Shown here: one piece after another, positions 1 through 9,365 of the stretch
Layout of the letters: each line of letters begins with the position of its first letter
Position numbering within the stretch: the stretch's first letter is position 1
DNA from: Candidatus Omnitrophota bacterium
GTDB lineage: Bacteria; Omnitrophota; Gorgyraeia; Gygaellales; Profunditerraquicolaceae
Direction of reading: 5' to 3'
DNA: 64,000 bases
Assembly: GCA_003598025.1 (NCBI GenBank)
Contig: QZKH01000003.1
Span: forward strand, 375,221 to 439,220
The notes under the pieces: generated by a model
What the model was told of the DNA's origin: nothing
Seen by the model: the letters and a program-made list of their open reading frames with translations, nothing else
Databases searched by the model: none
Position numbers and translations under genes: made by a program

Positions 1-728
1 TTGATACCGATAAAGTTGGCAAACGACTTACTCATCTTTTGCACTCCATCAAGGCCCTCCAGAATGGGCATTGTCATTACTACCTGTTGCGGCATGCCAT
101 AATCCTTTTGCATATCCCTGCCAACCAATAGATTAAAGATCTGGTCAGTGCCTCCAATTTCTATATCTGCAGCAAGTTTTACCGAATCATACCCCTGTAA
201 AAGCGGATACATAAACTCCAGCAAAGATATATCCTCATTTCTGGATAATCTTTTCTTGAAATCAGCCCTTGCCAACATCTGGGATACTGTAGCATGGGTA
301 GTCAGGTTCAGCATGTCGGCAACCGACATCTTTCTGAACCAGCTGCTGTTAAAGGTTATCTCAACCTTGTTCATATCCAGAATCTTACCGATCTGGTTTT
401 TATATGTCTTTGCATTCTCGGCTACTTCTTTGCTGCCAAGCTGTTTTCTCTTTTCAGACCTGCCCGTCGGGTCTCCTATCATTGCAGTAAAATCGCCTAT
501 CAAGAAAACCACCTTATGCCCAAGTTCCTGGAATTTACGCAATTTCCTTAGAAGTACGCAATGGCCCAGATGCATATCAGGCGCAGTAGGGTCAAAACCG
601 GCTTTTATAATAAGCGGCTTCTTATCCTTGAGGCTATTGTTAAGTTTCAGCCTTAATTCCTGCTCAGAGATTATCTCGACAGCGCCACGCTTAATTATTT
701 CTAGCTGCTCGTTTACGCTCTTAACCAT
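1..728 (-). CDS. tyrS: Tyrosine--tRNA ligase (5' part; runs off window start)
   Basis: Manual minus-strand translation from ATG at 728: [20 protein letters not shown]...[15 protein letters not shown] (HIGH-type motif). Absent from the ORF track because it is truncated. Confidence 0.93.
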   Translation of the reverse strand, partial: MVKSVNEQLEIIKRGAVEIISEQELRLKLNNSLKDKKPLIIKAGFDPTAPDMHLGHCVLLRKLRKFQELGHKVVFLIGDFTAMIGDPTGRSEKRKQLGSKEVAENAKTYKNQIGKILDMNKVEITFNSSWFRKMSVADMLNLTTHATVSQMLARADFKKRLSRNEDISLLEFMYPLLQGYDSVKLAADIEIGGTDQIFNLLVGRDMQKDYGMPQQVVMTMPILEGLDGVQKMSKSFANFIGI

Positions 729-746
729 CTTTATTCCTTTTTAAAG

Positions 747-2288
747 TTAAACTTTTGCGCTTAATCCGATCTTCGCCTGGTCAATATCAACCTTGATTAC
801 CTTTACTTTTATTTTATCGGAAGGTTTAAGTTTAGCAGATTCCTCTTTATCAATTTCGCTGGCGTAAATTAAGCCCTCAAGGTCCTCGTCAATTTTGACA
901 AAGACACCAAAATCGGTAATGCTGACGACTTCGGCTTCAAGCACGGTATCCAAGGGGTACTTCTCGGCAATTTGCTGCCAAGGATTGTCCTGCAGCTGCT
1001 TAAGGCCCAGAGATATCCTCCTGTTTTGGCTGTCAACCGAAAGGATAACTACCTCAATTTTTTGCCCTTTCTTAAGTAATTCCTGAGGATGGTTTATTCT
1101 CTTTGTCCATGACATATCGGAGACATGAATCATACCCTCAAGATTGCTGTCTAGTTCCACAAAAGCTCCGTAGTCGGTAAAACTCCTGACTTTGCCGGTG
1201 ACTTTGGAGTTAACAGGATATCTGTTTTCTGCGTCAAGCCATGGATTCTGCTCCAGTTGTTTAAGGCTCAACGATATTCTCCGGGATTCAATATCCACGC
1301 TCAGAATCTGGGCTTCCACCATATCCCCTATGGCAAATATTTCGTTGGGGTTGCTGATCCTTTTTGTCCATGAGATCTCTGAGATATGGATAAGGCCCTC
1401 TATCCCCTTTTCTAGCTCTACAAAAACCCCATAAGGCAATATATTAACAATTTTGCCTTTGACCTTAGAACCAACGCTATATTTATCCTCAATCCCCTGC
1501 CATGGATCGGGCAACCTTTGCTTCAACCCTAAAGAAACCTTTTCAGCGGCCTTATCCATATTAAGTATCATAACCTCGATCTTGTCTCCAAGAGCCACTA
1601 TCTCGGAAGGATGGCTTATTTTCGACCATGACATATCGGTAATATGCAATAGCCCGTCAACGCCTCCCAAATCGATAAAAGCCCCGAAATCGGTTATTGC
1701 CTTAACAGTCCCGGAAAATACCTGGCCGATCTTTAGGTCGTTCCACACCTTCTCCTTGACCTCTTCTTTGAATTTCTGCACGGCTTCCTTCCGGGAAAGG
1801 ATTATGCTGTGCCTTAGATTGTTTATCTTAACGATTTTAAACTTAAATTCTTTGCTTAAGATATCCCTGTCCTGTATACCTTTAAAGGAAGATAGCGATA
1901 GGGGCAGAAATCCTTCCACACCCATGACATCCACAAGGAACCCTCCTTTTACTTTTTTATTCGGCCTGCCGCTGACAAATTCCTGAGTATTATATGAACT
2001 GACTATCTTATCCCAACCCTTGATCCGGATTGCTTTTTCCCGTGATAAGCCGATCATGCCGGAGTCGTCTTCGATTGAGTCAACAAGAAAATCAAGCTCC
2101 TTATCGACCTGAAGGTCTTCCTTGCTGAATTCTGAGATAGGAACGATTCCTTCCGATTTAAATCCCACATCGACTAAAACCTCTTTAGGTTTGACAGAAA
2201 CGATTCTACCCTTAATTATCTGGCCTTCGCTTATATCCTTGATACTTTCATTGTAAAGCTGCTCTAAACTCATGCTTGCGTCTTTCAT
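747..2288 (-). CDS. rpsA: 30S ribosomal protein S1
   Basis: Six tandem S1 domains (FGAFIDLGGVDGLLHITDMSW, YGVFVELEKGIEGLIHISEISW); AGGAGG RBS. Confidence 0.97.
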   Translation of the reverse strand: MKDASMSLEQLYNESIKDISEGQIIKGRIVSVKPKEVLVDVGFKSEGIVPISEFSKEDLQVDKELDFLVDSIEDDSGMIGLSREKAIRIKGWDKIVSSYNTQEFVSGRPNKKVKGGFLVDVMGVEGFLPLSLSSFKGIQDRDILSKEFKFKIVKINNLRHSIILSRKEAVQKFKEEVKEKVWNDLKIGQVFSGTVKAITDFGAFIDLGGVDGLLHITDMSWSKISHPSEIVALGDKIEVMILNMDKAAEKVSLGLKQRLPDPWQGIEDKYSVGSKVKGKIVNILPYGVFVELEKGIEGLIHISEISWTKRISNPNEIFAIGDMVEAQILSVDIESRRISLSLKQLEQNPWLDAENRYPVNSKVTGKVRSFTDYGAFVELDSNLEGMIHVSDMSWTKRINHPQELLKKGQKIEVVILSVDSQNRRISLGLKQLQDNPWQQIAEKYPLDTVLEAEVVSITDFGVFVKIDEDLEGLIYASEIDKEESAKLKPSDKIKVKVIKVDIDQAKIGLSAKV

Positions 2289-2344
2289 TTATTGATTCCT
2301 CCTAATATTATTTTAGTTAGTTTTTTACGTTAGTATCCACAAAA

Positions 2345-2420
2345 CCGCACCTTTTAAGGTACGGATGGAGTGTGTACGTTCAGTATTCCGCTCCAAGAAA
2401 CCTCAGGCTAAAGCCTGAGG
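2345..2420. repeat. Pair of oppositely oriented GC-rich hairpins with TAAA loops (REP/IS200-IS605-end-like)
   Basis: CCGCACCT-TTTA-AGGTACGG (2345-2364) and perfect CCTCAGGC-TAAA-GCCTGAGG (2401-2420) in the plsC-rpsA gap. Confidence 0.5.
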
Positions 2421-2515
2421 GCCTTCATTTTCTATTTATTTTAACTTGCTACAAAAAAACACCTCCCTTACGGATAATTTTTAGACCTTAAGGCATCGCC
2501 CCAGAATAATCATTA

Positions 2516-3112
2516 TCAGGCATTTGAGACAGAGGCGATATCTTTTATTTCCCGCATTACACGCTGGGCATTTTCTTCATACGATAACGCAGGATCTGAA
2601 ACCAGCTGTTTGCCAAAAATAACTTTTATCTTGGCAAATTTTATAAATTTAGCGCCCTTAGGAAGCACCAGGTTACTTCCGGTTATAAAAGCCGGGACTA
2701 CGGGTGCCTGGGTTTTTGACATAAGAAAACCTACGCCTGCACGCGGGTCTTTGATTTGGCCGTCGGCACTGCGTGTCCCCTCCGGGAATAATATAATACC
2801 GAAATTAGCCTTGACTTCCCTTATGGCTATTTTTAATGCCGATATATCTGCGGAACCGCGTTTAAGCTTAATAGTCCTTAAAAGAGGAAGCAACCAGTTC
2901 ATGACAGGGGCTTCAAAAAGATCGTGCCTGGCCATATAGCTTACTTTCCTGGGACATGCAACTCCCAAAACAACAGGATCAAAATAGCTTACATGGTTAG
3001 ACACCAGTATAAAACCGCCGCTTCTCGGAATATTTTCCAGGCCGCTCACACCAAGCCTGAAGAAAATCTTAAGCACAACAAAACAAATAAATCTTGCGAT
3101 ATTATAAAACAT
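2516..3112 (-). CDS. plsC: 1-acyl-sn-glycerol-3-phosphate acyltransferase
   Basis: NHVSYFD (HX4D) and FPEGTRS motifs. Confidence 0.92.
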   Translation of the reverse strand: MFYNIARFICFVVLKIFFRLGVSGLENIPRSGGFILVSNHVSYFDPVVLGVACPRKVSYMARHDLFEAPVMNWLLPLLRTIKLKRGSADISALKIAIREVKANFGIILFPEGTRSADGQIKDPRAGVGFLMSKTQAPVVPAFITGSNLVLPKGAKFIKFAKIKVIFGKQLVSDPALSYEENAQRVMREIKDIASVSNA

Positions 3113-4487
3113 CAGTAACCATCTTAGTGCCGTAAGATAAAAGCTGTTTTGAACGCAAAAGACTCCTGGCTTCCGAATAGATCCGCATTATCGGTTCTGT
3201 GCCCGAACCCCTGAACATCAGCCAGCCTTCATCCTCACAAATCAATTTTATGCCGTCAAAATCCTTTATCTGCACAACCTTCTTGCCCAATATTTCTTTT
3301 GGCAGGACCAGGTCTTTGATATCGACCATTGTTTTTAGGCGGAGGTCATTTCTCAAATAATAATATTTACCAAATTTTTTCTCTGTCTCTTCAAGGATCT
3401 TTCTTATGTCTTTGTTCCGGTAAACCATCATCTCAAGAAGCAATAAACCTGCAACAGTGCCATCGCGTTCAGGGATATATCCTTTTACCCCCATACCTCC
3501 TGCCTCTTCGCCTCCTGTTACGATATCCTCTTTCTCCATAAGATTTGATATGTACTTAAAACCAACCGGGGTTTCATATAATTTTACTTTCAGGGCATCA
3601 GCGATATTATCAATCATGGTCGAGCCGGCGATAGTTTTTACGATACCACCTGACCAGCCGCGGTCCTCATGCAGATGCAATGCAAGCAAGCCTAGTATTT
3701 TCTGCGGATGTATAAAAAGCCCTCCTGGAGCAACAGCTGCGATCCTGTCTGCATCACCGTCTAAGGCTATGCCCAGGTCAAATTTTCCATCTTTTACCCT
3801 TCTTTTTAACTCAGCAAGATTGTCTTCGATCGGTTCCGGCCCGCGGCCGCCGAAAGCCGGATTCACATCATTCCTGATAAACTCAATCTTTATATTTGTA
3901 CCTTTAAGCACCTGGCTTATATAACTGTCCCCTGAACCATGCATTGAATCTACAAGCACCTTGAATTTCTTGCTTTTTATACGTTTGAAATCAATATAAT
4001 TCCTGATAAAACTTATATAATCATTAACCATATTGTATTCTTTTATTTGAACAGAGTCAGTGCTGTCTTTAACAACAGGATTCTTACCGAGAAGCCCTTC
4101 AACTTCAGCAGTTACTTCAGGCCCGGCAGCCCCTCCGGCAGAATTTTTTATTTTAAAACCATTGTATTCGGGAGGGTTATGCGAGGCGGTTATCATTATT
4201 CCCAAATCAAGCTTCTTATTCTTCACCGCAAAGCTTAACGTAGGAGTAGGTATTGCCCTATCAGAAAGCAATACAGAATGCTTGTTATTGCTTAACACCT
4301 TGGATACGATTTTAGCGAATTTATCGGACATAAAACGCGTATCAAAACCCACCGCTACTTTTTTTGGCCCTGACAAATAATCTGAAACAGCCTGAGAAAC
4401 TATTTTAAGATTCTCGAATGTATAGTTGTCTGCTATGACGCCGCGCCAGCCGTCAGTCCCGAATTTTATTTCATCCCTGTCCTTCAT
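3102..4487 (-). CDS. Phosphoglucomutase/phosphomannomutase family protein
   Basis: FGTDGWRG, TASHNP phosphoserine loop, DGDADR metal loop, GEEAGG. Confidence 0.93.
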   Translation of the reverse strand: MKDRDEIKFGTDGWRGVIADNYTFENLKIVSQAVSDYLSGPKKVAVGFDTRFMSDKFAKIVSKVLSNNKHSVLLSDRAIPTPTLSFAVKNKKLDLGIMITASHNPPEYNGFKIKNSAGGAAGPEVTAEVEGLLGKNPVVKDSTDSVQIKEYNMVNDYISFIRNYIDFKRIKSKKFKVLVDSMHGSGDSYISQVLKGTNIKIEFIRNDVNPAFGGRGPEPIEDNLAELKRRVKDGKFDLGIALDGDADRIAAVAPGGLFIHPQKILGLLALHLHEDRGWSGGIVKTIAGSTMIDNIADALKVKLYETPVGFKYISNLMEKEDIVTGGEEAGGMGVKGYIPERDGTVAGLLLLEMMVYRNKDIRKILEETEKKFGKYYYLRNDLRLKTMVDIKDLVLPKEILGKKVVQIKDFDGIKLICEDEGWLMFRGSGTEPIMRIYSEARSLLRSKQLLSYGTKMVTDVL

Positions 4488-5122
4488 AATTTCATCCTTT
4501 CTATTGCTGTCTTTACATCGTTGGATTTAAATATATAAGAGGCGGCTACAAGTATGTTCGCACCTGCCTCTTTTGCTAACCTGCCAGTATGTTCATTTAT
4601 GCCTCCATCAACGGCAATATCTCCGTCATAAATACTGCGTAGTTTTTTTATTTTAGGTAATACCCGCGGAATAAAACTCTGCCCCGAGAACCCGGGCCTT
4701 ACCGACATAACCAAGATAAAATCAACACATCCAATAACATCTTTGATCCTGCTTAAAGGCGTGGATGGATTAAGAGATATACCGGGACGGGCCTTAAGCC
4801 TGCGTATCTTGACTGCCAACTTCTTAAAAGCTGCGGGAGTGATTGCTTCAATATGCAGAGTAACGATATCTGCTCCTGCCTTTATGAATTCTTCTATATA
4901 GTCCTGGGGCCTCTCTATCATCAAATGCGCTTCAATAGGGAGTTTCGTGACTTTGCGTATGTCTTTTACCACAACGGGACCGATGGTTATATTAGGGACA
5001 AAATTACCGTCCATAACGTCAACGTGGATCATATCCGCACCGGAAGACTCGACCATTTTTATCTGTTCGCCCAGGCAGGAAAAATCAGCAGACAAAATCG
5101 ACGGAGAAACCTGTATCTTCAT
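4484..5122 (-). CDS. rpe: Ribulose-phosphate 3-epimerase
   Basis: SPSILSADF, HVDVMDGNFVPNIT, VDGGIN motifs. Confidence 0.96.
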   Translation of the reverse strand: MKIQVSPSILSADFSCLGEQIKMVESSGADMIHVDVMDGNFVPNITIGPVVVKDIRKVTKLPIEAHLMIERPQDYIEEFIKAGADIVTLHIEAITPAAFKKLAVKIRRLKARPGISLNPSTPLSRIKDVIGCVDFILVMSVRPGFSGQSFIPRVLPKIKKLRSIYDGDIAVDGGINEHTGRLAKEAGANILVAASYIFKSNDVKTAIERMKL

Positions 5123-5685
5123 ATGTATAGCCTCTTTCTTAAGATATACCTAAAGACCTTATCCGGGACAAGATACCTGAAAGATTTTCCTTCTCTGATA
5201 CTCTTTCTTATCTCAAAGGCAGAAATATCCACTGCCCTGATATTAATTTTTGAAATATATGAGGGGATCTTTTCTAAGGGGTATCCCGGACGGGTCGCCA
5301 CTATGAACTTGACCATCTTAATAATCTCATCCAGGTCCTTCCATTCATCCAGATAATTCAACAGGTCTGAGCCGGTAATAAAAAAAAGTTCAGCCTTAGG
5401 ATATACCTTCCTTAATTCCCCTAAAGTATCTATTGTAAAAGATGGCCCTTTCCTTTTAATTTCTATGTCCGAGACCGAAAAATATTTGTTCCCTTCTATG
5501 GCCATTTTAACCATTTTATACCGGTCGCCTGCCGAAGCGATATCTGAGCTATCCTTATGCGGCGGCAGGAATGTAGGCACAAATATTACATGGTCAAAGG
5601 AAAGCTTCTCTCTAATTTCTTCGGCCATAATTAAGTGGCCTACATGTATCGGATTAAAGGTGCCCCCCAGAATCCCCAGTTTCAT
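5119..5685 (-). CDS. nadD: Nicotinate-nucleotide adenylyltransferase
   Basis: GILGGTFNPIHVGH, PPHK, FITGSD. Confidence 0.95.
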   Translation of the reverse strand: MKLGILGGTFNPIHVGHLIMAEEIREKLSFDHVIFVPTFLPPHKDSSDIASAGDRYKMVKMAIEGNKYFSVSDIEIKRKGPSFTIDTLGELRKVYPKAELFFITGSDLLNYLDEWKDLDEIIKMVKFIVATRPGYPLEKIPSYISKINIRAVDISAFEIRKSIREGKSFRYLVPDKVFRYILRKRLYI

Positions 5686-6938
5686 TGTCTTATTTGCCCG
5701 TTTCCAAAAACCATATATTTATAAGTGGTCAGTTCTTCGAGCGCCATTGGCCCCCGTGCATGCAACTTATCCGTGGATATACCGATTTCAGCCCCCATCC
5801 CAAACTGATAACCATCGGTAAAACGGGTAGAGGCATTAACATAAACACATGCCGAATCAACCTGTTTAAGGAATTCCATGGCGTTATCGTAATTTTCAGT
5901 AACTATGGAATCAGAATGATGAGAACCATAATTATTTATATGGTCTATCGCAGCTTTCACATCATTAACGACCTTGACTGAAAGCACAAGATCAAGGTAT
6001 TCTGTCCGGTAATCTTTTTCAGTGGCCTTTCTTAAGCCTTTGACTATTTTTAAAGTGATCGGACAGCCGCGTATTTGGACTCCGGAAGCACGTAATTTTT
6101 TCAGCATTGAAGGCAGGAACCTTACGGCAGCGTCCTTATGTACAAGCATACTCTCCATAGCATTGCATACTCCCGGACGCTGGACTTTAGCGTTAAAACA
6201 TATGCTCTCAGCCATATTTAAATCCGCCCATTCATCTACATAAACATGACATATACCCTTATAGTGTTTGATTACAGGAATTTTTGAGATCTCTGTAACC
6301 CTGTTTATAAGCCCTTGGCCGCCTCTAGGAATGACCAAATCAATATCATTATTAAGAGCCAGCAGGTAATCGACAGCCTTCCTGTGCTTAAATTCCAACA
6401 GGTTCGCTGCACCTTTAGGTATATGGTTTGCAAGCAATACTTTATTAAGCACCTTGAAAATAGCCAGGTTAGAATACAATGATTCGCTCCCCCCCTTTAA
6501 TATGACACTGTTACCTGACTTGAAACATAAGCCTATACAGTCAGAGGTGACATTAGGGCGAGATTCATAAATAATGGCAATAACTCCTATCGGCACACGC
6601 ACCTTATGGATCCAAAGCCCATTGGGTCTTCTCCAGGCTTTAATAACTTCTCCGATAGGATCGCTCAGCTTAGAAATCTCAAGCAAAGAATCAGACATAT
6701 CAGCTATTCTTTTGTCGCTGAGTATAAGACGGTCAATAAAAGCTGCACCCAACTTCATTTTCCTTGCTGCGCTGATATCTTTTTTATTGCCATTGATAAT
6801 CTCAGCTTTAAATCTTATTAATGCCAGTGCCATATCTTTAATAATCTTATTCTTCTTTTCAGAAGAAAGATTCACCAGGGCGCTAGCAGCAAGTCTGGCT
6901 TCTGAAGCCATTCTTTTTATTTCTTTTTTAGAATCCAT
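5682..6938 (-). CDS. proA: Glutamate-5-semialdehyde dehydrogenase
   Basis: IIYESRPNVT, VCNAME, NASTRFTDG, KLHARGPM. Confidence 0.97.
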   Translation of the reverse strand: MDSKKEIKRMASEARLAASALVNLSSEKKNKIIKDMALALIRFKAEIINGNKKDISAARKMKLGAAFIDRLILSDKRIADMSDSLLEISKLSDPIGEVIKAWRRPNGLWIHKVRVPIGVIAIIYESRPNVTSDCIGLCFKSGNSVILKGGSESLYSNLAIFKVLNKVLLANHIPKGAANLLEFKHRKAVDYLLALNNDIDLVIPRGGQGLINRVTEISKIPVIKHYKGICHVYVDEWADLNMAESICFNAKVQRPGVCNAMESMLVHKDAAVRFLPSMLKKLRASGVQIRGCPITLKIVKGLRKATEKDYRTEYLDLVLSVKVVNDVKAAIDHINNYGSHHSDSIVTENYDNAMEFLKQVDSACVYVNASTRFTDGYQFGMGAEIGISTDKLHARGPMALEELTTYKYMVFGNGQIRQ

Positions 6939-6961
6939 AATCCACCCCTTTAAAGGAATAG

Positions 6962-8011
6962 TTAGATCAAAAGAACCAGGTTGTCACAATGTATTATCTC
7001 TTTAGGGAAACGCCTGCCTTTTATTTTATCGACTTCTTTCTCGGAAAAGTCAGCTCTGCCCCGGGCAAATTCATTATTTTCGGAATCAATGATACTTACC
7101 ACATCTCCGCGCTCAAAAGAGCCTTTAGTGGCAATTACACCAACAGATAATAGGCTCTTCTTCCTTAACAGTGCTTCCTTTGCACCGTCATCAACTACGA
7201 TCTTGCCTAAAGGGTTTGTTCCATGCGCTATCCAATGCTTCCTGGAACTAAGCTTATTTTGAGATAAAAATAGAGTTCCGCTGCCCTCAGGGTCAATTAA
7301 TACGGAATTTATGATACCTGGCTTTCTTCCATTTGCTATAACGCATGGGATACCTGAATCAATAGCGATTTTGGCAGCTTCAAGCTTGGTAATCATGCCT
7401 CCGACGCAGGTCTTTTTACTGGTCGGACATGCTAATTCTTTAATCTGAGATGTAATCTGAGTAACCAGGCTGATTAACTTTCTCTTTTTATCCAGCAATC
7501 CATCAACATCAGAAAGTATTATAAGCAAATCAGCTGAAATTAATTTTGCCACAAGCGCTGATAACCTGTCATTATCCCCAAACTTAATCTCATTTGTGGA
7601 TACAGTGTCATTTTCATTTACTATCGGAAGGCTCTTATATTTAAGCAGGGCAAGCAAGGTTTCTCTTGCTCTTAAATAACGCTTACGGTCATTAAAATCT
7701 TCCCAGGTAAGAAGCACCTGTGCTGTTCTTGTTTTACCATTAAAGAATCCCCGGTAAGCGCTCATTAATTCGTTCTGCCCAATAGCTGAAGAGGCCTGTA
7801 AAGCGCTCATTTGCCTTGGCCTTTCCTTTAACCCCAAGGCACGCACTCCGCATGCAATAGCCCCGGAAGACACCAGCACAACCTCTTTCTTGCCGTCAAT
7901 AAGCGATTGCACCTGGGCGCATACTTCATAAAGCGCATCGAGCTCCAAAGATTCGCTACCGCCAAATATACTGCTACCGATTTTTATAACGATCCTCTTA
8001 AAGTTTTTCAT
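6962..8011 (-). CDS. proB: Glutamate 5-kinase with PUA domain
   Basis: IVIKIGSS, NENDTV, FGDNDRLSA, GGMITKL; adjacent to proA. Confidence 0.96.
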   Translation of the reverse strand: MKNFKRIVIKIGSSIFGGSESLELDALYEVCAQVQSLIDGKKEVVLVSSGAIACGVRALGLKERPRQMSALQASSAIGQNELMSAYRGFFNGKTRTAQVLLTWEDFNDRKRYLRARETLLALLKYKSLPIVNENDTVSTNEIKFGDNDRLSALVAKLISADLLIILSDVDGLLDKKRKLISLVTQITSQIKELACPTSKKTCVGGMITKLEAAKIAIDSGIPCVIANGRKPGIINSVLIDPEGSGTLFLSQNKLSSRKHWIAHGTNPLGKIVVDDGAKEALLRKKSLLSVGVIATKGSFERGDVVSIIDSENNEFARGRADFSEKEVDKIKGRRFPKEIIHCDNLVLLI

Positions 8012-8951
8012 TTATCGCCTCTATCAGTTCTTTAAGCCCGGTTTTTTCTAAGGCTGAGATCGGATATATTTTCTTTTTTATCTTCCTTCTGAATTTCTTA
8101 AGATTCTCATCCGAACCAGCTATGTCCATTTTATTAGCCGCAATCACCTGCGGCTTTTTATTAAGCAATGGGCTATGTTTTTTTAACTCAACAATAATTT
8201 TCTTATAATCCTCAACCGGATCCCTGCCTTCAACTGCGGCCATGTCAATTACATGGAGCAGGACCTTGGTCCTTTCAATATGCCTGAGGAATTTATCTCC
8301 CAGGCCTTTGCCGGAAGAAGAACCCTCGATTAGGCCGGGTATATCAGCGATTATAAATTTATTAGAACCTGTATTTACGCTTCCCAGGACCGGGAATTTG
8401 GTAGTGAAAGGGTATGATGCTATCTCTGGGCGCGCATTTGAAATAGCCGTAATAAGGGTAGATTTACCAGCATTAGGAAAGCCTATAATACCGACATCGG
8501 CAATAAGCTTTAAATCCAGTATTAAATCTCTTTCTTGCCCAGGCTGGCCATCGGTGACCTCTTTATTCCGGTAATTACCATTACCTCCCAGCCCGCCTTT
8601 TGCTACAACAAATTCTTCCTGGTCATTCTCCAGGTCACGCAAGATACAACCGCTGGCAAGGTCTTTAATAACAGTTCCGCAGGGTACGCGGATGATCAGG
8701 TTTTGGGCGTCCCTCCCTTTTTGATTTTTGCCTGATCCGTGCGAACCGTTTTGTCCATTAAAATGCCTGTTATACTGGAAATCCAGCAAAGTGCTTAAAT
8801 TACGGTCAGCGCGGATTACAACGCTTGCTCCGTCACCGCCGCTACCGCCATCAGGTATTCCTTTTCTCTGGTATTTATCCCGATAGAAACTTTTGCAACC
8901 TTTGCCACCGTTGCCTGCCTTAACATTAATTTTGACGGTATCAATGAACAT
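7998..8951 (-). CDS. obgE: GTPase Obg/CgtA
   Basis: Gly-rich Obg fold, GFPNAGKST, YPFTT, DIPGLIEG, NKMD. Confidence 0.96.
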   Translation of the reverse strand: MFIDTVKINVKAGNGGKGCKSFYRDKYQRKGIPDGGSGGDGASVVIRADRNLSTLLDFQYNRHFNGQNGSHGSGKNQKGRDAQNLIIRVPCGTVIKDLASGCILRDLENDQEEFVVAKGGLGGNGNYRNKEVTDGQPGQERDLILDLKLIADVGIIGFPNAGKSTLITAISNARPEIASYPFTTKFPVLGSVNTGSNKFIIADIPGLIEGSSSGKGLGDKFLRHIERTKVLLHVIDMAAVEGRDPVEDYKKIIVELKKHSPLLNKKPQVIAANKMDIAGSDENLKKFRRKIKKKIYPISALEKTGLKELIEAINEKL

Positions 8952-8955
8952 CCAT

Positions 8956-9273
8956 TTATTTACCTACCTTTATATCTTTGATTTTGATCCTAGTAAGTTG
9001 CTGACGGTGGCCTTTCGTCCAATGAGAAGACTTCCTCCGGCGGTATTTAAAAGATATTTTTTTATCCGACTTTACCTGGTCAAGCACTGAGGCATGGACT
9101 ATCGCATTCTTTAAATAAGGCTGCCCTATCAGGATATTCTCTGAATCCGCTGTCAGTAGTACTTTATCCAGCAAAAGCTCTTTGTTTTTCTGAGCGTCCT
9201 GCTTCTCAACATCAATAATATCGTCCTTTTTTACAACATATTGTTTTGCTCCAACTTCAATAACTGCATACAT
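8956..9273 (-). CDS. rplU: 50S ribosomal protein L21
   Basis: MYAVIEVGAKQY...KGHRQQLT. Confidence 0.96.
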   Translation of the reverse strand: MYAVIEVGAKQYVVKKDDIIDVEKQDAQKNKELLLDKVLLTADSENILIGQPYLKNAIVHASVLDQVKSDKKISFKYRRRKSSHWTKGHRQQLTRIKIKDIKVGK

Positions 9274-9317
9274 TTGTTATCCTCCTTAAATCAAATATTA
9301 GTTACGGGTGAGCATAA

Positions 9318-9346
9318 ATTATACTACCTAAGCCTGGTCAGGTCAA
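9318..9346 (-). promoter_or_regulatory. sigma70-type promoter of rplU-obgE operon
   Basis: Minus strand TTGACC-17 bp-TATAAT upstream of rplU. Confidence 0.7.
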
Positions 9347-9365
9347 GGATAAATTAAGCATTAAT

